In this document: one piece after another, positions 14,001-25,617 of the stretch
How the letters are laid out: the number at the start of each line of letters is the position of its first letter
How positions within the stretch are numbered: the first letter of the stretch is position 1
NCBI GenBank assembly: GCA_012295275.1
Contig: CM022674.1
Location: forward strand, 6,944,001 to 7,008,000
DNA from: Chrysomallon squamiferum
Taxonomy: Eukaryota; Animalia; Mollusca
DNA length: 64,000 bases
Reading direction: 5' to 3'
Made by a program: the position numbers and the translations under genes
Notes under the pieces: model-generated
Databases searched by the model: none
Told to the model about the DNA's origin: nothing
Seen by the model: only the letters and a program-made list of their open reading frames with translations

Positions 14001-14810
14001 TAAAAATAATAATAATAAAAAGTATAAGAAATTATCTCTACCTATAAATGCATTTGGTATTGTAATTTTTAACCACATCCGGTCTCTAATTTCCAGCCCT
14101 GAATCTGGCTGAGCCATTGCCTTGACAACTGTTGCCATATCAGTGTTAACTGTGAGATTTAAGTCATCAAATCCTAGAAGAAAAAAAAAAAAAAAAAATT
14201 ACACATAATTATTAATGAATGTGAAGTCAACAAAACATCATGGTAAATATAAAGATGAAAGAAGATATAATGACAATATTTGTTTTTAACAGAATTAATT
14301 TCTATATTTCTACAGTCAGTCAGTCACAGCTTATGGAGATTTACACATGTGAGAAACAGGACAGAGGTGGAGAAAGATGGAGAGACAATCACAGCTTATG
14401 CAATATTATATTAACTAATACTATACAATATTATATTAAATAATACTACACATTATTAAATAATACAATACAGTATTTAATCATATAATGGAATATTAAA
14501 TAATACAACATCAAAGAATACAATATTAAGTAACACAACACAGTATTAAGATATAAAAAACGCACGTTCTGACTCGGGTATAGAGCTGGTTAGAGATGAA
14601 CTGGTGGATGTCATGTTGGTCAGCGAGGTTCCGATGCTCGGACCGCCGCGACCCATGTAGTGTTCCCGCATTGCCGTTGTGTGCGCCACCCATGCTGAGG
14701 GGTCAATTGGACGAACTGGTTCCTGTCTGGGAACTGTGAAGTAACCTTTAGGGTTGGGGTCCCAGCATTTTGCAACAACTAGAGTGATTGGACTGTGAAA
14801 AATAAACAAA

Positions 14811-14845
<35 letters not shown>

Positions 14846-15714
14846 AGAAAGAAAGAAAGAAAAAAAGGCAGAAAAAGAAAAATGTAATTTGAAATTTAAG
14901 TATACAATTTCTTCAGTTTAGTGCTTATTAAAAGTTTAGGAAAACAAAAAATAAATATATATACAAACACACACTCATACACATTTTGTAATGGTATCAT
15001 CTGACTTACTTTCAACCAAACATTTACTAATGAAGTATGATTAGTAAGAAATTATTTTCTGATTAAATATACATATTTAAAAGTATGTAATTATAAATGT
15101 ATTTTGAGCACTTGTTTGAATATTCTAAATTAAATGTTGATTAACTAAGAATAATGATGAATAATATTAAACAAACCTGAAAAAACTTAATGGTCATTGA
15201 ATATATTTATAATTTCAAAAACAGACAAATAAACAAATTAAAAAAAAAAAAGGTTAAAAAATGAAAATAATTTAGAAAAGAAATGATGAAATATCTAAAT
15301 GGATTTAACAACAGGAAAAAATAAAATAAAAAGTATACCCTGGTTTCTGTACTGCTTCTCGTAAAGTTCGTACTGCGTCATCATTACTCATGTTTTCAAA
15401 ACTAATACCATTTACTTCCAGAATCATGTCCCCTGGCTCCACCCTGCCATCCTGCGCAACTGCCCCACTGAAACAACAACAGTAACAGTCAACATAACAA
15501 CAGTAATAATAATAACAATTACCACAGTAATGATAATAACACAGTAACGATAATATTAATAATAGCCAGTAGTGGTAATAACAGATGTAATATTAATACT
15601 AATAATGACAATGATAATAATAATAATAATAATAATAATAATCAATCATTGAACATGTTAGTTTCTAACTGATGATTATAATAAAAATAATAACAGTAAA
15701 AATAATAGCAATGA

Positions 15715-15746
<32 letters not shown>

Positions 15747-18700
15747 ACAATAGTAATGACACTAATAATAATAATAATAAAAGTTAATTAATCAATAACA
15801 ACAGCACTATCAAAATCAACAACAATGACAGTTTTTTAAAGAATCATGAGATTAACTTACCCTTTCATGATAGAACCCACATAAATACCACCATCCCCTC
15901 CTTTGTTGCTCTGCCCCACAATACTGATTCCTAGAAAGTTGACGGTATCTGCAAGTAAAAATGAGTTTTAGAAAATAAAAATAAACAGATGAAACAGTGA
16001 AAATAAACCAGCTACAGATAAAAAAAAGAAAGGAAAAAAAAAATACTTTTAATTATTATTATTTTTTGGATAAAATCTGTTAAAACATAAAATTATTAAA
16101 AAGTGTTATAAAGATTATTAACCATTGATTTTGACAAATATATTCCATTATTTAATTTTAAAGCTTTAAAAAAAAGTAGAGAATCTTCCAGTTCAAGCTT
16201 TGAAACTTACCCATGTTTAAAGTTACTGTAATGATGTTGAGAGACATAGTAGAATCGGTTATGCTGCTAAATGAAGATGCCTGCAAAATAAATAAAATAA
16301 AAGAAAATAAAAATTAACAAATTTCTTTATTGCTTTGATCTTAAAGGACTTCCAGATAAATTTTAACTGTATCATTGAGTTATGATTCTACAGAAACAAA
16401 AAATGGTTAAAGCACAAAAACACATAAATATTCATTAATCTCTTTATACAGGTTGAGAGTTCCTCAATGTATATACACAAATTAATAAATAAATAAATAA
16501 AAATAGAAAATTAAAAAAATATATAAATAAAAATAAATTTCAAAAAAGAGAGAAAATATTATTTTCTAACTAAAAGAAAAAAGACGTTGTTGTTACTCAC
16601 TCTACTAATTGGCGGTGGCCGATGTCTCCGTCTTCTCCTGCGATGACGACCATGATACTTAGAAGACATGCTTGTGGTGTCTGTAACCGTGGAAAATCTG
16701 AAAAATTGTCATCAAAAACTGACAGTTACACAGTGAACTCTATTACTTTATGTATATAAATATATGAATATTCCATTATTGATAGTTGGGAACTTTTGTA
16801 AATAAAAGAGTAATAAAAAACTTTTTTTCTTTGTTTTATATATGTTTTGTGAGTTTTATTAAAAGACAAGCACTTAATTTAGGATCTTTTTTTAATTTTT
16901 ACATTAGCAGACACATGCTTTTTATTTTAAGATTAGTAACTGTCTCAACTGCAGAACTGGAAAAAAAAAAGAATGTGTCTATTAAATAGTCTTCTGATAA
17001 ACAGTAGTAACTTGAAATAATATTTTTAAAAATTTTCAGACTATCTCATAACTATTCAAACTAATCAGTTCAGCCTATCTTTGTAACCTCTTCAACATTC
17101 CTCTTTGGATAAATTAATTAATTAACTCTGAATTGATAAATAATGGAGGAAGTTTGCCAAGCTTTGCTGAAATAAGACAGAACTGCTGACTTACCGACTG
17201 TCGTCTTCTGAATCAAAGAAACTTGTGGACTCCAGATCACTCGACACCATTGTGGACGTTTCGTATGTGTTAGGACCCTGCACGCGCAGATCTCTGTGTC
17301 TGTCATGTTTTGTGTGGCCGTTTATTCTAGGACCTACAAAACAGCAGTCATATGTGTAGTTATTTTATCACTTGTTTTGTGTGGCTGTTTATTCTAGGAC
17401 CTACAAAACAGCAGTCATATGTACAGTTATTTTTTATCATTTAAGGATGATGTATAGTGATTTTAATTAAGATGAGAATTATCATTTTCTGACCTCTGAA
17501 ATAACAATGATATAGAAAGTAACAGTTACATCTAATTATTTTAAGACTATTATTGTCAAACTTACTAAATAAAATGTTATATAAAAAAATAAAAAAATAA
17601 TAAATAATATATATGAAAAACATTCAATGTATAATTTGGTTATTTTGACCAGTGATATGGCCACAACTTTCTACAAAATAACAAGTTCAAGAGAATACAA
17701 AATAATAATTTTATAACTTTAGATGTGTTCAGTTATTCTTAAGTCTAATAACAGTGGAATAAATAAATAACAATCACATATACAGTTTTATTTTATAACT
17801 TGTGATGTAACTACAGTTATTTTCAGACCTGTAAAATAACAAGGTAATAAAAAAATAGAAGAAGTTATCTAGTCTTATTATTTTACAACTGATAATGTGA
17901 GTACAATTATTCTTAGACCTCTTAAATAACAGTAATAAAAGAACAGCAAATAATCTTCTATTACAAATACTGCAGATGCAGAAAATAAGCTACTCAGAAT
18001 CTTGAAATAATTACTTCATTATAGGATTAACTATAACAATAAAAAGATTTTAAAAAGAGTATTTGTAATTAAGACAAAATAAAACTGAAAAATAAAATAC
18101 TCTTCTGGGATCTAAAAAAAACTAATATTAAAATAAATTTCAAGTTAAGAAAAAGTACATAAAAAAAACACGATAATATTATACTGGGACTTAAAATACT
18201 GTCACTATTCTGATACTCTATGACCAGGGTTGGTGTCCTAGTTAGTTTTCTTGAATAACTGAATTTTCAGCTGAAGGTCTTACTTTTCATTCTAATTACT
18301 TAATTAGTTTCCTCTTTTTTTCTTCTTTTTTAACCAGTATTATCACAGGAATGTTTTTGTTTTTTTTTGTTTTTTTTAGTTGTTTTTTTTAAAATTTGAA
18401 TGCTGTTATCTCTGTTTGGCATCGTTTGTTTAAACAAAAAAAATTACATATCCCCTCCCCTCCTGTCAAGAGAACTGATTCTACTGACCTCAGCATATCA
18501 GATAGGACTACATTACTTTACAACACATATGCTACAGAACAAGTGAGTCTAGAACTGGAAATATTATTTCTGTTAATATATGGTGGAACAATAATCAGTC
18601 CATATGGGGAACTGATCCTTCTGACATCTTCTCAGACTTACTGCACTTAAAAGATACTGAAATGGAACTGTTAGAATGGGAAAAATACACACACAAAAAA

Positions 18701-21700
18701 AAACATTTTCCACTGTAATAAGAGAGCAGGCATGTAATAATAACTAATCTCAGGGAGTCACTTGTTGGAATGGTTCAAACACAGGTGGAATGAATTTTCT
18801 GTTAATTGCTGAACAGCTCGTGTCAAAATAAAATTAGTTTGAAAGGCAGCAGAAGACAGAAATAAAACAACGATAAAACTGCACATCATTAATGTAAGTA
18901 CGTGAATTCTTGCTGAAGAATATTTACAAGGAAAGTCATTTACTACTAAGTGTATTTTGTGCTTTTGAGGTCTTGTCTATGTTTGCATGTTTGTGCATAT
19001 GTTTTTATTTATGTGTGTGTGTGTGTGTGGTCTGTTGAATATTTCAAGCAGATGATTGGAATTAAATTTTAAAAAACCTCTCTTAAATGTAACCATGTTT
19101 TGCAGAATAATAAGACAATAGTATAAAATAAACAAAAACCAAGAAATATTTTTAAAAATTATAATTAATTTGAATTAACATTAGCATTCATTTATACTAA
19201 GTAAGCAGGATGAAGAAACAACATTTTCAGATAGGAAAAATAATTTAAAAACATTTTTTTACACACATACATTTGTAGTCTATACAAACATAAATGTAGA
19301 TACAAATTTCACACACAATACACGCATTTACAGAAATAAACATATATACAACATACACACAATAACACACACACACATATAGATGCAAACTGCAAACAAC
19401 ACAAATACACACACACACACATACATGTAGATACAAACTGCACACACAATTCAAATACACAGACACACACATATTTAGATACAAACTGCACACACAATTC
19501 AAATATTCAGACACACACACACATGTAGATACAAACCACACACACAACACAGACACAGACTCACACCCACATACATGTAGATACAAACTGCACACACAAC
19601 ACAAAGACACATCTGAGACTGTTTCAACCAGGCTGGATATTAATAACCACAGACAAATGTCTGTGAAAATTCTCAACTGATCGAGACAGCACTTTCTAGA
19701 TCAAATATTCCTGTTACTCATTTTCTTCACAATGGCATTAATAATCCTTTTCATTTCCTTGTCACTGTCTTGCTGGTGATACTTATTGGAAATCTCGATG
19801 CAGAAGCTGATTTTAGTTTCAAATAAATGTGTAATACAGTTATGATGTAGATTTTTTTTTTTTTAACTCCTTATTAAAATTTATGAACGCTGATATATAA
19901 CGAAATATATGTATATATAATTATTATTACTATTCCATTTAATATTAAAATGCATGAGACTGGATTTTTTTTTCATGACTAAAATCTAAGATGAGATTGG
20001 ATTTTTTTCTAAATGGTCTTTTAAAAATAATTAGTGACATTCATTACAGAATAAAAATAGTAACAAATAGATGAGAATTTTTACAGAATTTGTGTTTGTA
20101 TTCTTTTCATACAAATACTAATAATACTTAAAATAAATAAATAGTAAATAATACAAGTTTAAATAATAAATATATGTATTTTTTTTAAATGATAAAAGTA
20201 TTTTAAAAAACCATAAAACTTGGTAATATAAATGCATTAAATAATGAATAGATAACCAATAATTTAAATAATAATAATAATATATTCTAAATAAATAAAT
20301 ACGTAACAATAAAATCAATAAAATAATAAAAAAAATCTTATCAAATCATCAAAAATAAATATCAAATAAAAATCAAAAATCAAATCAAAACAAATTTTAA
20401 ATAAAATAAAAACATAAAAATAAACAACATCCCCCCACCCCAAAAAATCAATTAAATAAATAAATATGTACACTTAAAAAAAAATATAAAAAAAACCCTC
20501 TCTCAAAACCTCATTTCAAAGCTGTAGAGTAGTTAATTAAAATAACTGTTTTGTTTTCATACTGGCAAGTCTCGCAGACCTCTCTCTCTCTTTCTCGGTG
20601 TGTTTACTGCGAGCTCTGCCAAACGCTGTATTTGTTTAACTAAGCACTCAGAGGAGGCTGTCTGTTGTTGCAAGAAATGTCTGCTTGGCACCCAACCACT
20701 GCATCCAAAACATCTGGAGTTCTACACCAACTTCCCAGCATGCCCCTCTCTGCCTTACTGCTACAGCCATACATCTTTGTTAATAAGCCATGCACATTTA
20801 TTGTCTGAGTGATTTTCATGAGGCCGAATGTTTGTCAGTCCATTAAAAATATTTCTTCTACACTTGTCATGACCAATCCAGCCCACCAGTGGCAGAGGAG
20901 AGGAAGAAAGAAGGGGGAAAAAAAAAAATGTAAAAAAAAAAAAAAAAAACCTAAGTACTGGGAGGTTTATGTTAATGTATCTTCTTAACATTTTTGTAAG
21001 TGCTAGACTGGATGTGGGTCTGTCTGAATAGGTAGATATGAATATGATGTACATGTGAGCAGAACCTCAATAAAACAAATCTCTGTGATTTATGGTTCTA
21101 TTTTAAATACATGTTATTTAAAGGCTTTTGAAGTGTAACTTCTCTCTCAGACCTATATAAATAAAAAAATAAAAAAAAAAAAAAAATAAATAAAGAAAGA
21201 AAGAAATAAATAAAACTAAAATAAGATAATAAAAAAAAATATATAATAAAATAAAAAAATATATATAATAATAATAATAATAATAAGCACAAAAAATAAA
21301 CCTACAAGCTTATATAAACGTGGAGCAAGTCTGCACTGGTTATGTAACTATCAAAAGAAAAATCCATGATAAATGCTTCCACTTCTTCTGCTGTCAAAGA
21401 GTTCTGGCAGCAAGGGATCAAACTCTCGCGCGAACAAAAGACGACTGACAGAAGGGATAATCAAGTGAAAAGTAAAGAGTCTTCAAGTAAAGTGATCTTG
21501 GTATCAACATCTACAACAAAATTAGCCAAGCAACTGTGTAAATATCAAAATTTGGTATTGGTATCAGAATCTGAGAGTGTGTCTATATATATTTTAAGTA
21601 AAAACTTCTTATGGTGAAACTATGTGCGTGCATGCATGTGTGTTTGTGTCTCAATGTTTTTATCTGAAACTGTTTATGTGTGTATGTATGTGTGAATATA

Positions 21701-22618
21701 TATATATGTGTCTTTGTTTCTCATTTTCTGAGTAATGCATAATTATTACGCAAATTGTTTTTAAACATGACAGAATGAATGCACCTGCAAAAGTGTTAAC
21801 GTCATTAGAAATAGATTCTTTTAAAATTTCTGCATGAAACTACACAAGTACCATTATGAAGTGTGCATTGATTCCCACATACACACTTCAAAAAGTCTCA
21901 GAATTCAAACAAAAACAAACACATTTTGCCCAATCTTTTCCCAAAATGGTGCACAGAATTAATAAATAATTAACCAACTATTAAATCAACAGGGCAAAAA
22001 CCTGCTAAAATCACGGCTATAAAAGCTGTTCCAATGAAGCCATAAAATCCACAAGCTGCCGGCTGGCTTATAATCGAGAAGCAATCAAGCGTAACCATTC
22101 ATTGTTGTTTTATGTTCCAGCTTCAAACAGTATTTGTCAGGGCGTTACAAGATCCACCAGAAGACATTGATTCCTTTATTGCCATTTTGCCGAGTTATAA
22201 TGCCTGCCCATGATGTGAGGAGTTACATAAAAAGTACATTCTGTCAGCCTGTTTAATACATTATTAATAGCAGAGAATCTGATTGACTGTTCTCAGTTAA
22301 CTCCAATCAAATAAAAGATAAAGTGCAACCAGTTTTTCATTTTCTCACAGGATTAAAGAGAAATAGTATCTATTACATTTAAAGAAATGTATAATTTAAA
22401 CAAATTTAAAAAAAAAAAAAAAAAACAAACAAACAATGACAGTAAATTTATATTTTCCCTTCTGAGTTCAGTTTTAGAAAATTAAAAGTTAGGTTGGTGC
22501 ATGAACTGAATTTCATACTGGTCATAGAGGTATTATAATCAAATAAAAGATAAAATGCAACCAGTTTTTCATTTTCCCACCAGCTTAAAGAGAAAGACTA
22601 AACATTTAAATAAATGTA

Positions 22619-22654
<36 letters not shown>

Positions 22655-24270
22655 TAAATTTTACATTTTTCTTCTGAGTTCAGTTTTAGAAAATTAAATG
22701 TTAGGTTGGTGCATGAACTAAATTTTATACTGGACATAGAGATATTATAAATTATGTAATTGAAGTCAAAGCTTTTATTTTTTTTAAATATATTTAATAT
22801 ATGTATTTTCACAGTGACTCTAGTGGGGGGGGGGCATTACCATCCACTTTGAGAATCAGTGCTGCATAGAAAGAAATACCAATGTCTATCTGTATCTTAT
22901 CTGCATGTTTGGAAAATGACCAAAATATCTACTACTGCCATGTTTATTTAAAGGTTTGACAAAATATGATAAAATTAAAGATATGTGTTAATAATTAAAA
23001 AGGAACTAACTTAGTTTTCAAACTCAAAAAAAAAAAAAAGGAATGTAAATCTGAAAACATAGATAGGATGTCTATACAGGTAAGTCAGTCTACATCTACA
23101 TCAATTACAGGCTTTGAGCAGTTAATCAGTTAGAGTTGTAAAAACTGAATTGCTGAATTAACAAAATACACAGTAATCTATAATTAAATAAATAAAATAA
23201 TAATAATAAAAAATGTGATAAATAAAAAGAAAAAACTTCAGTAACAAATACAGGGCAGCAATAAAATTTAGAAAGAGCACAATCTTAATTCTTTCCTTTT
23301 TTAAAAAAAAAAAAAAAAAAAAAAACCCAGCTACTACTAAAATATTGTATATTTTTTAAAATATCTTTTTCTATTTTTTATGCAGTTGATGCTTTTTATT
23401 TACTTGGCTGTGTAAAGGATTTTGGCAAATATTTACCATTTTTTTTTTTTTTTTTATCTAACTCTTAATTGTATAGTTTTTATTTAACTCTTAATTGTAG
23501 TTTTAATATTAATAAGCAGCATAGTTTAAAGATTTGGAGTAAAGAATTATGAAATAGTAAGTTTTAAAAAGTACTAATTATACTACGTGTAGTAAAATAC
23601 TAAGAAAACCAAGTGCCCATATAACAGTAGAATATTAATTAAAAAACTATGTGCATGTAACAGCTAGCAAAATACTGAAGATGATAAATGTGTACCAAAA
23701 AAGGTACGATTTTAAGAACACATAGTATATCCATGCTATCTAAGTATATGCAAAAAAAAAAAAAAAAAAAAAAGTATGTGCATGCCAAAAGTACAATTTT
23801 GAAAGAAAGTTAATTATATGCATGCTAATCAGTGAAATAAAAAAAAAAAAAATAAAAGTAAAAAAAAAAAATAATAATAAAAATAATAATAAAATAAATT
23901 ACCAAAAAAAACCTAAATAACAGTAAGGATATACCATCAAATAAAATACTAATTAAAAGCAAATACATACATGGCAGCTAGTAGCATAACTAAAAACCCC
24001 ACTAAATATATGCATGCCAATAAGTAGAATGCTAAGACAACTAGAAGAGAACTAATAAAGCATCTTACCATTATTATGCCGGTCTCGCATTTGACTAGGG
24101 TTTGCATGGTGAGACACACGACTTTGGGTGTGTCGGTCTAGAAGAGTAAGAAAACAAGTCAGTATTTAACATCCACATGCTTAAAGCTGCAAGCAGTATC
24201 AACACATGCATACAGAGATTTTAAATATACGTTTAAAAAATATATAAATAAATTACAAAAATAAAAATTA

Positions 24271-24304
<34 letters not shown>

Positions 24305-25565
24305 ACATACATACATACAACCACTCATAAACATATAAATAAATAAATAATAATAATAAAAAATGAAAACAAAGAAATAGTTAAAAGTGATGAATAATGA
24401 ATGCACCATATAGAAGTTATTGTTAATTTAAGGATAACATTAGCTGCTTCTGCTAAAAAGGGAAAAGGAAAATGAGTGTCCACAAAAAGCTTTTCATTTC
24501 AAATTTCATTAAATCACAGCTTTCAAATAATAAAAGATATAGTGAAATAAATCAGTTTTATGTTTTTCATAATTTATAATTCATTAATAATTTGTTAATC
24601 AAAATAACATCAGCAACAACAATAATGATGATGATGATGATGATGATGAAAATAGGGATTTTTTTAAACTAACAGTGTTACTAGTACAAATTAATATTTC
24701 ATTCAGACTGACAAAAAGTCAACATAAGTAAACTTCTGCTATCTGTATGTGCAGTTATAACAGTACTTTATGACTGAACAAACACCAATTACAAGTTTTT
24801 AAGAGTAACATCTGCAAACTAAGATATATTAATTTCTGGAAAGTAAACTGCTACATCCTGTTTCAGGTTCGAATGCAATGGTAATGTCAACATCATCAAT
24901 GTAAACAGTTATATGTTATTAAAAATTATGTCATCAACTGGGTTTATGCACGCAAGATTAAACAACAAAATGAAACATCTTTAAAATATTCAGAGTTTTC
25001 TTATATATTAATAAATGGATGATTCCATTTAAATCTTTATTTTTTAAAAATATGGATTTTTTTTTAACGTGAATATATATATTTTTATTGTATATAAGAA
25101 TATGTGAATATAGGTTTACAAGTACATGAGTTAATATTTGAAAAGTGATATACTGCAGCTTAACAAATAAAGACTAACCGTATTAAATAACAGACAGAAG
25201 AAAAAGAAAGTTTTTTTTTTTTAAACTTAAAAAGAAAAAAAAAGAAAAAACAAATCTAAAGAAAAAGAAAAAAATTGGAAAACAAGTCTGTACGCAGATC
25301 CAAGAAAAATGCGTTTTTAGTTACAAGAATTCAGAGATGTCACTTTTTATCTGTTATTGTTCACAATCTATTAACCAGTTACACATGACTTCTTTCCTGA
25401 CATTCCCCTGCTGTACAAGATGTTGTGTGTGCATTTGTTTATGACAGACAGCAAAACAGACAAAAGATACATTAAGTTACATCAGTCATGCTTATCATGT
25501 CAGTTTACAATAACTTGTGTGTATTAGCTTAACATAGATATACTTCACATACTTCTTCTTTTAAA

Positions 25566-25617
<52 letters not shown>

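Noticed and set aside
19245-19676. Cys/Val-rich 143-aa ORF that looks metallothionein-like
   Set aside because: It is the translation of a TG-rich minisatellite.
20881-20895. CTCF-like CCACCAGTGGCAG
   Set aside because: It is one base short in the core relative to the consensus.
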